Shown here: positions 18,670-32,325 of the stretch, one piece after another
Layout: each line of letters begins with the position of its first letter
Position numbering within the stretch: the first letter of the stretch is position 1
Source: a virus
Direction: 5' to 3' (one strand)
Virus record (IMG/VR): IMGVR_UViG_3300045976_000096
Location: 1 to 64,000 of that record
Length of the DNA stretch: 64,000 nt
Program-made: the position numbers and the translations under genes
The notes under the pieces: generated by a model
Told to the model about the DNA's origin: nothing
Seen by the model: only the letters and a program-made list of their open reading frames with translations
The model's database searches: none

Positions 18670-20072
18670 ACTCTAACGAAATTTTCGACCTGATCGAACA
18701 GGTCGCCCGCACGCCTGGGAAGAACGACAAGATCGCGCTGTTGAAGAACAGCGCCGGCGACGAAATGCTCAAGCAGGTGATGGCGGCCGCCTACAACCCG
18801 CTGACCAGCTATGGCATCCGCAAGGTGCCCGAACAGAATCATGAGGCGGTGCGCGGTGGCCGCGAATTCGTGGAACTGACTTGGCAGCTGGTCAGCGACA
18901 TGGCTGCGCGCAAGCTGACTGGCCACGCCATGCTGGCGGCAGTACAGGATGAAATGAACGAGCTGGCGCCTAAAAGCGCAGAGTTGCTCAAGCGCATCAT
19001 CCTGAAGGACATGCGCGCCGGCTTCGACGAGGGCACGGTCGCGAAAGTCTGGCCCGGCCTGGTGCCGGACTTCCCATACATGCGCTGCTGCCTGCCGAAG
19101 GACGCCAAGATGGAAGCCTGGCCGTGGGCCGACGGCAACATCAGCCAGGAAAAAGCCGACGGCATGTTCGCCAACGTCAACCATGAGGAAGGCGGCAACG
19201 TCTTCATCTACAGCCGGCAGGGCACCATGTTCCCGATGGAGAAGTTCGAGGCGCTGGCCGACGCGGTGCGACACGCACTCGCGCGCGGCACGCAGAACCA
19301 CGGCGAAATCCTGGTGCTGCGCGACGGGCAAGTGCTGGCGCGCGAAATCGGCAACGGCATCATGAACTCGGTTCTGAAGGGCGGCGATTTCGGCCCAGGC
19401 GAAGTCCCGATGTTCCTCGTCTGGGACCAGATTCCGCTGGCTGCCGTTCAGCCCAAGGGCAAGGTCGACACGCCCTACGCGGCCCGCCTGGCCGGCCTGA
19501 TTCAGCAGTTGCGGCGCGTGCCGGGCAGTGGCGCGGTCCAGTTGATCCCGACCCGGATCGTCCGCTCGCTCGAGGACGCCTACAAGCACTACGGCGAACT
19601 GCTGGCCCAAGGCAAGGAAGGCACCATCATCAAGAACCGCAACGCGATCTGGAAGGATGGCACCAGCAAGGAGCAGGTCAAGCTGAAACTGGAATTCGAG
19701 GTCGACCTGGAAGTGACGGCGATCGTGCCGGGCAACGCCAACACCAAGAACGCTGGCCGCGCCGGCTCCCTGTCGTGCGAGACGTCCGACGGCCTCCTGG
19801 TGGTCGACGTGGCCATCAAGGGCGAGGCGATGCGCGACGACGTCGACGCCAACCCGGACAGCTGGATCGGCAAGATCATGCCCGTCACGGCCAACATGAT
19901 CATGAAGCCGAGCGCGTCGGGCGACATGCACTCCCTGTTCCTGCCGCGCTTCACCCAGGCCACGCCGCGCGCCGACAAGACGGTCGCGGACACCTTGCCA
20001 CGCGCGCTGGCCATCGAGGACGCCGCCAAGCAGGGCAAGAAGATCGCCGACGACTGGAAGGAGGCAGCATGA
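18666..20072 (+). CDS. ATP-dependent DNA ligase
   Basis: QEKADG (KxDG), EGTIIK, KLK motifs. Confidence 0.9.
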   Translation: MNSNEIFDLIEQVARTPGKNDKIALLKNSAGDEMLKQVMAAAYNPLTSYGIRKVPEQNHEAVRGGREFVELTWQLVSDMAARKLTGHAMLAAVQDEMNELAPKSAELLKRIILKDMRAGFDEGTVAKVWPGLVPDFPYMRCCLPKDAKMEAWPWADGNISQEKADGMFANVNHEEGGNVFIYSRQGTMFPMEKFEALADAVRHALARGTQNHGEILVLRDGQVLAREIGNGIMNSVLKGGDFGPGEVPMFLVWDQIPLAAVQPKGKVDTPYAARLAGLIQQLRRVPGSGAVQLIPTRIVRSLEDAYKHYGELLAQGKEGTIIKNRNAIWKDGTSKEQVKLKLEFEVDLEVTAIVPGNANTKNAGRAGSLSCETSDGLLVVDVAIKGEAMRDDVDANPDSWIGKIMPVTANMIMKPSASGDMHSLFLPRFTQATPRADKTVADTLPRALAIEDAAKQGKKIADDWKEAA

Positions 20073-20431
20073 AGATCACCGGAGAGCAGATCGCCGAACA
20101 GCTGCGCGCCGCAGGCAAGGAAGTGCAGTATTTCCCGCTTCAGCTGAGCGCGCCGAACCGTTCGCCGTTCACGATGGGCAGCTATAGCCTGAACACGATC
20201 GCCGAAGCGGTCAACGCGATCCCTGGCATTGCCATGATCGAGACGATGGAGCTGGTCGGCGTCAAGGGCGGCAAGGAAATTCCATTGGGTGAAGCGCCGC
20301 TTTCGCCCGAATTGAAGGCTCGCGAAATCTGTCGCCAGTATGGCGAAGACCCGGACGACGAAGATAGCCTGATCATGGGCGCGCTCATGGAACTGATTAA
20401 CTGGCAGAACAAGCAAAGGATTGCAGTATGA
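20069..20431 (+). CDS. Hypothetical protein
   Basis: GGAGG RBS, ATGA overlap. Confidence 0.65.
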   Translation: MKITGEQIAEQLRAAGKEVQYFPLQLSAPNRSPFTMGSYSLNTIAEAVNAIPGIAMIETMELVGVKGGKEIPLGEAPLSPELKAREICRQYGEDPDDEDSLIMGALMELINWQNKQRIAV

Positions 20432-20805
20432 AGCACACATTCACCATCACGGTCGACACGCCTGACGCCGCCCTGGCCGACATGATCCGCACTGGTGTAG
20501 TCAAGCAGACCCACGAACTGACCAACCACACCGGCATCGTGGAGGTCAGCCGCATCACCACCGACGAAGCCGACGAGTTGGATAAGCTGTACGTGGCCGC
20601 CGCCCATGACGAATACCACAAGGACGGCGAAATCGAAATCGACGAAGGCGCCGCGGTGTCCTACGGCGACGATCGTGGTGCCTACGTGGCGGCATGGGTC
20701 TGGGTGGACGAGAACCCGGTGATCGCCAGCGCGCGCGAGGCGCTGGAAGCGATCGAGGACCGCCGCGCAGAACTCAACGATAGTGAGGGCGGCAACTGTG
20801 ACTGA
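20428..20805 (+). CDS. Hypothetical acidic protein
   Basis: GAYVAAWVWV motif; coupled ORF. Confidence 0.65.
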   Translation: MKHTFTITVDTPDAALADMIRTGVVKQTHELTNHTGIVEVSRITTDEADELDKLYVAAAHDEYHKDGEIEIDEGAAVSYGDDRGAYVAAWVWVDENPVIASAREALEAIEDRRAELNDSEGGNCD

Positions 20806-20986
20806 TGTCGAACTGCAGGCGCTGCGCGCGACGATGCCCTGGACTGAGCAATCCCTGACCAACGGGCGCCACACACTCATCCGCATCGTCGACAATCAGG
20901 GCAGGGAGGTGCCATTGCTGACACTCACCCGGTTCATGGTCGCGATCAGTGGCAAGCTCGCGACAAGGGAGGGCAGCAATGGATGA
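20798..20986 (+). CDS. Hypothetical protein
   Basis: GTG start after GAGG; coupled. Confidence 0.5.
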   Translation: MTDVELQALRATMPWTEQSLTNGRHTLIRIVDNQGREVPLLTLTRFMVAISGKLATREGSNG

Positions 20987-21212
20987 CGAACTGTACTGGT
21001 ATGCGCTGGTCTTCCAGAAGTCAGTCCAGAATAGTGCCGGCTACTCAGCAACGACCACGGCGTCGATCTACATGGGCTGGCCCAGCCGCAAGGTGACGCT
21101 GGAGCGCATCGCAGCTGCCAAGAAGGGTGTCGATGTACCGGATGACGCCGTCATAATTTCGTGCAGCTATCTCGGCTTCATGACGCGCGCCGAATTCACC
21201 GGCGAGCTGTAA
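20979..21212 (+). CDS. Hypothetical protein
   Basis: GGGAGG RBS; ends SYLGFMTRAEF. Confidence 0.6.
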   Translation: MDDELYWYALVFQKSVQNSAGYSATTTASIYMGWPSRKVTLERIAAAKKGVDVPDDAVIISCSYLGFMTRAEFTGEL

Positions 21213-21215
21213 TCC

Positions 21216-21248
21216 AGGGTGCCGCGTTCTGCGGCACCCTCCATTTTC
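21216..21248 (+). terminator. Terminator hairpin
   Basis: AGGGTGCCGC-gttct-GCGGCACCCT, then ccattttc. Confidence 0.65.
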
Positions 21249-21340
21249 ACAAATACAGTCGGCCAAAAGCCACATTACTTGTGCGCATGTTGCGCTCGGG
21301 CAAAGCCACGGATAGAATGCATGCATCAGTTCGGTGCAAT

Positions 21341-21365
21341 AAAAAAGGCGCTCATCGAGCGCCTT
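21341..21365 (-). terminator. Terminator of the minus-strand HTH gene
   Basis: AAGGCGCTC-gat-GAGCGCCTT followed by a T run on the minus strand. Confidence 0.75.
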
Positions 21366-21383
21366 GCGGTGGAGAGGTCAAGA

Positions 21384-21848
21384 TCAATCGCCCAGCACGG
21401 CATTTTCAGGCTTGAGCCTGGAAATCACGTCCAGAAGCGCAGCCTTTTCTTCCTCGGTGCGAATTTTCGGATTCGACACGTTGGAGCGGCGGATCAGGTT
21501 GATGATTTCCATTTCGTTGTCGGTGATCAAGGGCGCGCGCAGCACGTATTCGTTCAGCGCTTCCCAGTTCTCCGGTTCGTATTCCTGCATGACCAGTTGG
21601 TACAGATGGACCGGGTCGACGCCGAGGGCATGCGCCATCGGGCCGATCTTGGCCGTCGGCAGCTTGGTCTTGCCCTGCTTGATCATGGTGATGATGTTCG
21701 GCTTGTTGAAACCTGCCTCGCGCGCAATCTCCAGCTGCGACTTGCCGCACAGGTTCACCTGCTGGCTGATGTACTCGGCCACGGTGATGTTGTGACGGCC
21801 GCTGGTGCGGCGGGCGGGAACCCGTGATTCGGACAGAACTGCGTGCAT
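21384..21848 (-). CDS. XRE-family HTH regulator; candidate immunity repressor
   Basis: KSQLEIAREAGFNKPNIITMIKQGKTKLP HTH; only credible minus-strand gene; GGAG RBS; palindrome at 21885-21898 upstream. Confidence 0.8.
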   Translation of the reverse strand: MHAVLSESRVPARRTSGRHNITVAEYISQQVNLCGKSQLEIAREAGFNKPNIITMIKQGKTKLPTAKIGPMAHALGVDPVHLYQLVMQEYEPENWEALNEYVLRAPLITDNEMEIINLIRRSNVSNPKIRTEEEKAALLDVISRLKPENAVLGD

Positions 21849-21884
21849 AATTGTTAGCTCCAAGATATTGATATGTGACAAGAA

Positions 21885-21898
21885 AGTCATAAGTGATT
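21885..21898. promoter_or_regulatory. Palindrome upstream of the HTH gene (possible autoregulation)
   Basis: AGTCAtaagTGATT. Confidence 0.65.
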
Positions 21899-22134
21899 GA
21901 TTTACGATCTCATTATAGCGCGTCAAATTCTAAAAAGTGTGAGCCCGGTCGACTTGGGGCGTGAAAAAAGATATTTTTTTTTCAATTAAGATGTTCCCGG
22001 AGCAGGAAACGTTGGCTCCTGTCGCTGACTTATCTCTGTGTTTCCGTGCGATGACTAACTAAGCGGTGAAGTATAATCACCTGTAAGATTTGACCTACAA
22101 GATTTATCAACAACAACCTGGAGAGACCCACAGC

Positions 22135-22335
22135 ATGTCCGTAGCCACCCCATCCTACATCAGCGCCGTCCACGAAGAAATCAGCCAGGAGCAGTTCTGC
22201 GACCTGCTCGAAGTCTCCAGTATTCTCGGGTCCACCGACCTCGGTGGCGCCCAGGCCCACACCGTACTGCATCCGCACCAGGGCCGCATCGTCCTGTTCG
22301 ACACCGCGGCCCGCTACCTGGCCATTCGCCTGTAG
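22135..22335 (+). CDS. Small hypothetical protein divergent from the HTH gene
   Basis: GGAGAG RBS; TATAAT at 22072. Confidence 0.55.
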   Translation: MSVATPSYISAVHEEISQEQFCDLLEVSSILGSTDLGGAQAHTVLHPHQGRIVLFDTAARYLAIRL

Positions 22336-22394
22336 AATACCCGTCCGTTCCGTCTCGCCCGTCGGCGCTGCGCAGGAAACAGCATAAATGCTGC

Positions 22395-22447
22395 TTGCGC
22401 ATCCTGACGGGTTTTTTTATGATGTTATCTGTCAGTCACGAATGACT
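22395..22447 (+). promoter_or_regulatory. cobT promoter with palindrome near +1
   Basis: TTGCGC-at-CCTGA-N10-TATGAT; AGTCAcgaaTGACT at 22434. Confidence 0.8.
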
Positions 22448-22464
22448 ATATAAGGGAAATCGAA

Positions 22465-24450
22465 ATGTCAATGAGCGAACGGATCATGATCATGCGGGAG
22501 GCGACCGTCACCCTCACGCAAATGCTGGCGGGCAAGGGCGTGCAAGTCACGCAGCGCGGCGTCAGCGCTTTCGTGCGGGCCGACAAGGACGGCAAGCCGT
22601 ATCTGGTCAACCTGCCGTATATCCCCGATAATGCCGACGAGGTGCTGCTGGACGCGATCCAGGGCTTCCTCGACCACGAGGTCGCGCACATCCTGTTCAC
22701 CGAGTTCCCGCTGATGGAGCAAGCACACAAGGCCGGCGCCGGCGGCATGCTGAACCTGATCGAGGACAGCCGCATCGAGCGCGAAATGGCCAACCGCTTC
22801 CAGGGCAGCGCCGAGAACATGGCGCGCATGGGTAAGTTCTTCCTCGACAAGTACACGCTGCCGCGCATGAAGGAGGCGCTGAAAACGGGCGACACCGACA
22901 CGCTGGTCGGCGTCTTGACCGTGCCGCTGGTGCGCATGATGGCCGGCCAGCAAATCTTCGCCGAGTTCATGAAGGACAAGATGCATCACGTCCAGGACGT
23001 CTACGACAAGATCAAGGACTTGCAGCCGAAGATCGCCCGCGTCGGCAGCACCCGCGAATGCCTGGACCTGGCCAAGACCATCGTCAAGCGTCTGCGCGAC
23101 GGCGACCCGGCCGCCGGCAGCGATCCCGACCCGAGCGCCCCGCCACCGCCGAAGGGCGCGGGCGGCAAGAGCAAAGGCGCCGGCAAGGCATCCAAGCCGG
23201 GCAAGAAAGACCCCGACGAGGAGGAAAAGAAGGACGAGGAAGAAGGCGAGGGCGAGGAGGAAGGCAAGCCCGAGGACGAGGAAGGCGAGGAAGAAGCCGC
23301 CGCAGCCGGTGGCGACGAGGAAGCCGACGGTGATGAAGGCGACGGCAAGGGCGAACTGGCGAGCGACCAGGACGAGGGTGACGGCGAAGGCGGCGAAGCG
23401 GCCGGCGGCCCGATGACCCCGCCGGACCCGGACGCCGAAACCGATGTCAGCCAGTCGTCGGCGATTTCGTGGGAGGCGATCGACCGCGAGACGGCGAAGG
23501 ACTACGACGATGTCGCGTCCGGCCTGATCACCGACAAGGCCACCGCGATGGCCAAGCACGCCGAATACCTCGTCTACTCGACCGACCAGGACATCATCGA
23601 AACCATGAAGGTCGGCAGCGGCTACAAGGACACGATGCTGACCGGGCTGCAGGACGCGGTCGACCACATGGTCGGGCCGCTGCAGAAGGACTTGGAGCGC
23701 GCGATCGCGGCCAAGAGCCTGTCTCACTGGAACCCTGGCCACCGCAGCGGGCGCCTGAACGCGGCCGCGCTGTCGCGCCTGGCCGTCAACGACCCGCGCG
23801 TGTTCCGCCGCAAGACCGAGACGACAACCAAGGACGTGGCGGTGCAGCTGGTGGTCGACATGTCCGGTTCGATGGATGGCGAGAAGATCACCACTGCGGC
23901 CCAGTCGGCGTACGCGCTGGCGGCCACCCTGGACCGGATCGGCATCACCAGCGAAGTGATCTGCTTCACCACCGGCATGGGATATTGCGGCGACCTTTCC
24001 ACGCTGCACGCGGAGGAGGCCAAGATCGGACGCAAGTTCAGCCGCGCGGAGCAGCTGTACATGCCGATCCTCAAGGGTGCCGGCGAGCGCATGTCCACCG
24101 ATGTCAAGAAGCGCTTCGCCTGGCTGCCGCACTGCTCGTCGCTGCGCAACAACGTCGATGGCGAATCGGTGCAGATTGCCGGGCACCGCCTGCTGTCCAG
24201 GAAGGAAAAGGGTAAGATCCTGATCGTCCTGTCCGACGGCGCGCCGCACGCATACGGTGAAACCCGCACGCTCGGGCCGCACCTGAAAAAGGTGGTGGAG
24301 AACCTGACCCGTGCCGGCGTGAAAGTGATTGGCATCGGCATCCAGTCGTCCGAGGTTCGCAAGTACTATCCGAAGAACTTCATGATCAACAACGTGTCCG
24401 AGCTGCCGTCTGTCGTGATGAAGGAATTGCGCCAGCTGATTGCCGCATAA
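22465..24450 (+). CDS. CobT-like vWA protein (N-terminal HExxH domain, acidic linker, vWA domain)
   Basis: DHEVAH...IEDSRIE; E/D/G-rich linker; MIDAS DMSGSM...LSDG. Confidence 0.85.
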   Translation: MSMSERIMIMREATVTLTQMLAGKGVQVTQRGVSAFVRADKDGKPYLVNLPYIPDNADEVLLDAIQGFLDHEVAHILFTEFPLMEQAHKAGAGGMLNLIEDSRIEREMANRFQGSAENMARMGKFFLDKYTLPRMKEALKTGDTDTLVGVLTVPLVRMMAGQQIFAEFMKDKMHHVQDVYDKIKDLQPKIARVGSTRECLDLAKTIVKRLRDGDPAAGSDPDPSAPPPPKGAGGKSKGAGKASKPGKKDPDEEEKKDEEEGEGEEEGKPEDEEGEEEAAAAGGDEEADGDEGDGKGELASDQDEGDGEGGEAAGGPMTPPDPDAETDVSQSSAISWEAIDRETAKDYDDVASGLITDKATAMAKHAEYLVYSTDQDIIETMKVGSGYKDTMLTGLQDAVDHMVGPLQKDLERAIAAKSLSHWNPGHRSGRLNAAALSRLAVNDPRVFRRKTETTTKDVAVQLVVDMSGSMDGEKITTAAQSAYALAATLDRIGITSEVICFTTGMGYCGDLSTLHAEEAKIGRKFSRAEQLYMPILKGAGERMSTDVKKRFAWLPHCSSLRNNVDGESVQIAGHRLLSRKEKGKILIVLSDGAPHAYGETRTLGPHLKKVVENLTRAGVKVIGIGIQSSEVRKYYPKNFMINNVSELPSVVMKELRQLIAA

Positions 24451-24476
24451 ACCGCGTCAGGCAACCTGCCCGGATC

Positions 24477-24518
24477 AGTCAATGCTGACTTGCGAATCCG
24501 GGCAGGGCTGCGTATGAT
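24477..24518 (+). promoter_or_regulatory. Palindrome + promoter for cobS
   Basis: AGTCAatgcTGACT-7 bp-CCGGG-N10-TATGAT. Confidence 0.75.
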
Positions 24519-24579
24519 TCTACCTGTCGCAGCAATATTTTTACTAATCGGGCAAGTCGCCCACAAGGAGGATGTCTTA

Positions 24580-25779
24580 ATGAGCACGAACGAAAAAATC
24601 AGCTGCCAACTGTGCGGCGCCCAGGAGCATGTGATCAAGGCCCACCTGGCAAAGGATCACCCCGGCGTCAGCGTCGAGCAGTACCAGGCCCAGTTCCCGA
24701 GCGCGCCGCTGATGTCGGCGTTCGCCGCCGAACTGCTGGAGAAGAAGCGTCGCGAGAAGGCGCAACAGGAACGTGCTCAAGCGCCGGCCGAAACCGAGAT
24801 GGCGATGGCTGGCACCGCCGCCAACGTCACCGCGCTGGTGCCGAAGGGCCACCCGACCAAGATGCCGCTGCACGAAGTCTTCGAGCTTGGCAAGGTCAAG
24901 GCAGCGTTGTCGAGCAAGGGCGACCCGATCCCGATCGCCGTGCTGTCGGCCCACGACGAGCAGGACATGGTGCCGGCCGTTTCGGACAACTACGTCTACG
25001 ACATCGACGAACTGAAAAACGTGATTCTGGCGCTGGAACTGAAAATCCCGGCGCTGGTCTGGGGCCACAAGGGGTCGGGCAAGTCCGAACTGATCGAACA
25101 GGTCTGCGCCCGCACCAACCGGCCGATGATGCGCGTCCAGCACACCGTCAACACCGAAGAAAGCCACATCGTCGGCCAGTGGACCGTCAAGGGCGGCGCG
25201 ACCGAATTCGAGCTTGGCCCGCTGCCGCTGGCGATGCTCAACGGCTGGGTGTTCTGCGCCGACGAGTACGACTTCGGTATGCCGTCGGTCCTCGCGGTCT
25301 ATCAGGCGGTCCTCGAAGGTAAGTCACTCGTGATCAAAGAAGCACCGGCGGACAAGCGCATCATCAAACCGCACCCGAACTTTCGCTTCGTCGCCACCGG
25401 CAACACCAACGGCTCGGGCGACGAGTCGGGCCTGTATCAGGGCACCCTGATTCAGAACTCGGCCAACTACGACCGCTTCGGCATGGTGATCAACAAGAAG
25501 TACATGGACAAGAAGGCCGAGAGCCAGATTCTCCAGAACCACTGCAAGCTGGTGGCCGACGACGCCGACAAGATGGTCGAGTTCGCCACCTTGGTGCGCC
25601 AGGCGTACGACGGGGCCAAGATGAGCGACACGATTTCGCCGCGTACCCTGATCTACGCCAGCCGCATCGGCCTGATGCGCGGCTCGTTCCGGGTCGGCCT
25701 GCAGGTCTCGTTCATCAACAAGCTGTCCAAGGTCGACCGCGAGGTGGCCGACGGCCTGGCCCAGCGCATCTTCGCTTAA
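24580..25779 (+). CDS. CobS/MoxR-like AAA+ ATPase with N-terminal C2H2 finger
   Basis: CQLC...HLAKDH; GHKGSGKS; ADEYD; HPNFRFVATGNTNG; YDRF. Confidence 0.9.
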   Translation: MSTNEKISCQLCGAQEHVIKAHLAKDHPGVSVEQYQAQFPSAPLMSAFAAELLEKKRREKAQQERAQAPAETEMAMAGTAANVTALVPKGHPTKMPLHEVFELGKVKAALSSKGDPIPIAVLSAHDEQDMVPAVSDNYVYDIDELKNVILALELKIPALVWGHKGSGKSELIEQVCARTNRPMMRVQHTVNTEESHIVGQWTVKGGATEFELGPLPLAMLNGWVFCADEYDFGMPSVLAVYQAVLEGKSLVIKEAPADKRIIKPHPNFRFVATGNTNGSGDESGLYQGTLIQNSANYDRFGMVINKKYMDKKAESQILQNHCKLVADDADKMVEFATLVRQAYDGAKMSDTISPRTLIYASRIGLMRGSFRVGLQVSFINKLSKVDREVADGLAQRIFA

Positions 25780-25805
25780 ATCGGCAGGTAAGGGGAAACA
25801 GCATC

Positions 25806-26561
25806 ATGCAAGAGAAAGCGCTCGACTTTCAGTCCAACATCGGACTGGTTCACTTCCACACCAAGCGCGGGTTCGCGATGGCGCAGGCAGCGGGCGTTCC
25901 TCTCACCTACGAGGACATGTTCCAGGAGGCCAGTCTGGCCTTCGTCTTGACCACGCACGCCTACAAGCCCGAGTTGGGCTACGCCTTCTCGGCGTACTTC
26001 ACGCGGGCCTGCTACACGCAGTTCGGCAAGGCGATCGCCCGCTTCACCGGCGTCAAGCGCCTGAACGACGCGATGAAGCAGGAAATCGCCGAGCGCGACG
26101 AGGAGAACGCGCGCCGGCGCGCCGCCGGCGAAGCGGAACTGCCGTCGATGCGCTACGACGTCATGGCGGCCAACTTCTCGGACATGGAAGCGCAGCGCGA
26201 CGATGACGGTTCGGAACCGTACGAGTCGTCGCTGATGGCGGACACGCAGTCGCCCGAGGAAATCGTGGAGACAAGGCAGCTGATGGAACAGGCGATGGCC
26301 AACTTGTCGCCGCTCGCATCCCTGATCATGGAGTGGCTACGCGACCCGCCCGAGGCGCTGCTGGCCGAACTGAAAAGCCAGCGCGCGCATGCGATCGTCG
26401 CTGAAGCGGCCGGCGCCAGCACACGCGGTCTGGACGACGGCATTTCGCTCAAGAACGTGAAGAAGTTCCTCACCCTGATGGGTGAGGTATCCGAGCGCGA
26501 ACTGGTTCTGGCGGAAGCGGAACTGCGCCGCGCCGTCAAGTACATCGAGGAGGCAGCGTAA
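25806..26561 (+). CDS. Sigma70-family-like factor (region 2 recognisable)
   Basis: NIGLVH...YEDMFQEA...AYKPELGYAFSAYF aligns with NLRLV...DLIQEG...FDPERGYKFSTYA; SPEE...LSP region-4-like part is degenerate. Confidence 0.65.
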   Translation: MQEKALDFQSNIGLVHFHTKRGFAMAQAAGVPLTYEDMFQEASLAFVLTTHAYKPELGYAFSAYFTRACYTQFGKAIARFTGVKRLNDAMKQEIAERDEENARRRAAGEAELPSMRYDVMAANFSDMEAQRDDDGSEPYESSLMADTQSPEEIVETRQLMEQAMANLSPLASLIMEWLRDPPEALLAELKSQRAHAIVAEAAGASTRGLDDGISLKNVKKFLTLMGEVSERELVLAEAELRRAVKYIEEAA

Positions 26562-27217
26562 TGGAACAGGCACCAGGATGTTTCGGTGCCGCGAGCGTCT
26601 ACAGTTCGGACTCGTCCGTCTGCCAGGCGTGCGTGGGCTACCAGGCGTGCGGCGCGGCTGCGCTGGTCACGCTGGAGGCGATTCGCGCCACGGTCGACGT
26701 GCGCGACCTGCTCAAGAAGCACGCCGCCGCGCGCGCAAAGGCCAATCCGGCGCCCGCCGCGCCGCCGGCCCCGGTCGAGAAGTCGCCGCTGCCCGTCAAG
26801 CAGCCGTGCGTGATCGACAAGCCAATCGAGCGCAAGACGCCACAGGAAAAGGTGGAGTTCTCCCTGACCGCGGACATGACCGCCACCATCGCGCGCATCG
26901 CGGCCCAGAACAAGAAGGCCGCTATCCAGGCAACCCGGTTGTGCGAGCAAGGGCACATGCGCATGCTGCGCGCCATGCTCCCGCGCGGGGGCAATCCCTT
27001 CGTCGAGAGCGGGCCAGCTTATCTGCGCGTGGTATGCGACGCCCTGATCGGTGGCGGGTTCACGCGCGCGCAACTGCGCGTCGACATGGCCGAGAAGCTG
27101 GGCTGGACCGAGGACACCGCGGCCTCGCATATCTCCCAGGCGATCGCCATTCTGGGCGCGTTCAGGATTGTCGGTAAGGACGGTGACAAAATCGTTCTGC
27201 ATCCTGCGCTGGGCTGA
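26561..27217 (+). CDS. Hypothetical protein, N-terminal Cys cluster and C-terminal winged-helix-like region
   Basis: PGCFG...CQACVGYQAC; LGWTEDTAASH. Confidence 0.65.
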   Translation: MEQAPGCFGAASVYSSDSSVCQACVGYQACGAAALVTLEAIRATVDVRDLLKKHAAARAKANPAPAAPPAPVEKSPLPVKQPCVIDKPIERKTPQEKVEFSLTADMTATIARIAAQNKKAAIQATRLCEQGHMRMLRAMLPRGGNPFVESGPAYLRVVCDALIGGGFTRAQLRVDMAEKLGWTEDTAASHISQAIAILGAFRIVGKDGDKIVLHPALG

Positions 27218-27249
27218 GACAATACAGATTCAATAACAGAAAGGGCACC

Positions 27250-27500
27250 ATGAACGGTGGAACATACAGCGAAGCCTTGAAGGTCGGCTTCACCCCGGAG
27301 CAGGCGGGCTTCCTTGGTCGCATGAGCGGCGAGACCCGCGAAGAAGCCATCGAAGCGATCATGAAGAAGGGCATCGAAGCCGAGCACGCGCACAAGCGGG
27401 CGCGCGACGAGTGGATCATGAAGTGGGCCGACCGCGGCTATCGCGTCTGCGGCTACGTCGGTCTGTTCGCAGTGGCTTTCTGTGTCGGGAAGGCGTTCGC

Positions 27501-27504
<4 letters not shown>
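27250..27504 (+). CDS. Small protein with C-terminal TM segment
   Basis: RBS; ATGA overlap with dnaE. Confidence 0.6.
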
Positions 27505-30953
<3,449 letters not shown>

Positions 30954-31036
30954 TTGCCGGGCGCGGGGAGCTACCCCTTCCTGCGCCCAGCATGTAACAT
31001 GAATACCTGAAACACTCACCTCTCATTGGAGAAAAC

Positions 31037-32290
31037 ATGGCTACTGCCCAAAAAGAAATTCCCATCGACGACGACGAACTGGACGGCCTGATGGCCCAGC
31101 TGGAGGCGGAAACCGCCGGCGTGGTCGACGCCCCGAGCGCCAGCGCGGCGCCGGCAGCCGGCGACGACGAGGTCGACCTGTCGGGCCTGGAAGACGACCT
31201 GACCCCGTCCGCCGCGGCCGGCGGCGCACCTGACGCCGATGAGCTGGCTGAAATCGTCGCGGCCGCCGACGAAGCCGAGCAGCTGGCCGCCACCGCTGCA
31301 GCCGCCGCGCATCAGACCAAGTCGATGGCCCAGGCGGCCGCCGGCAAGATCACCAAATTCGACCCGCCCGAGGAAATTCTGGTCGCCGACGACGCCCCGT
31401 TCGAGGTGGACGATCTGAGCAAACTGAAACCGTCCGGCACAATCGAATTGTCGAGCAAAGATGCCGCCATGCTGGCCGAACTGGTCGAAAACCCGCCGCC
31501 GCCGAACGACGCGCTCAAGAAAGCTGCCGCTCGCGCCGCCCCCGCCCCCGACCCCGACGCCGAGCTGGAATCCCTGGCGGCGGAACTGGAAGCCGGCGCC
31601 GTGACCGAAGCCAAGATGGCGCCGCCGACCGCGAACGCCAAGCAGACCCGGATGGATGCCGAACTGGCGGCGCTCGCCGCCAAGGTGAAAGCGTCACCCG
31701 CCCCGGCGCCGAAGGCTGACGCCATCAAGAGCACGATCCCGGACGACGACGTCGCCCACCCGAACCCGACGCCGGCCCCGGCCGCCAGCAAACCGCCCAA
31801 GTCGAGCCACCTGATCGACCCCGCCGAGTTCAAGCGCGAGACCAAGGTGTCCATGACCAACCTGGACGAGTGCATGATCGAGCAGTCGAGCCTGCGCGCC
31901 TACTACGGCACGCTGGCGGCCGACGCCGAAGCCGAACACGCGAAGCTGAAACTGCGCCACGACATCATCGAGGCGCGCGTCTACGACAAGCACCGCAAGG
32001 CCCTGGCCGACGCCGGCGAGAAGGTGACGGAAAAGATGGTCGAGAACGCCGTCAAGCAAGACCCGGAATGGGCGCAGTCCAAGCTGCGTGTGATCGAAGC
32101 CGAGCAGGTCGCCAACCGCAACCGCGCCTGCGTCGACTCGCTCAAGGACCGCAAGGACATGCTGGTGCAGCTGGGCGCCGACCGCCGCGAGGAAGGCAAG
32201 GGCCAGGTGCGCATTCTGGAAGCGGCCGCCAGCCACGAGGACAAGCGCGCCGCCGCGATGGCGGCCCTGGCCAAGAGCCGCGGCATGTAA
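31037..32290 (+). CDS. UvsY-like recombination mediator with long acidic disordered N-terminus
   Basis: C-terminal helical domain KVTEKMVENAVKQDP...SLKDRKDML; precedes SSB and RecA. Confidence 0.55.
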   Translation: MATAQKEIPIDDDELDGLMAQLEAETAGVVDAPSASAAPAAGDDEVDLSGLEDDLTPSAAAGGAPDADELAEIVAAADEAEQLAATAAAAAHQTKSMAQAAAGKITKFDPPEEILVADDAPFEVDDLSKLKPSGTIELSSKDAAMLAELVENPPPPNDALKKAAARAAPAPDPDAELESLAAELEAGAVTEAKMAPPTANAKQTRMDAELAALAAKVKASPAPAPKADAIKSTIPDDDVAHPNPTPAPAASKPPKSSHLIDPAEFKRETKVSMTNLDECMIEQSSLRAYYGTLAADAEAEHAKLKLRHDIIEARVYDKHRKALADAGEKVTEKMVENAVKQDPEWAQSKLRVIEAEQVANRNRACVDSLKDRKDMLVQLGADRREEGKGQVRILEAAASHEDKRAAAMAALAKSRGM

Positions 32291-32325
32291 CGGCTATGAA
32301 TGCCTCGGTTTTGGCTCGAAGTATA

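Noticed and set aside
21255-21340. GCAAAGCCACGGAT, resembling part of a c-di-GMP-I riboswitch
   Set aside because: The upstream GGCAAAC/GNRA stem is absent, and it lies between two convergent terminators with no downstream gene.
22465-25779. Cobalamin biosynthesis as an auxiliary metabolic function
   Set aside because: No CobN or other cob genes; better read as a MoxR-vWA chaperone pair.
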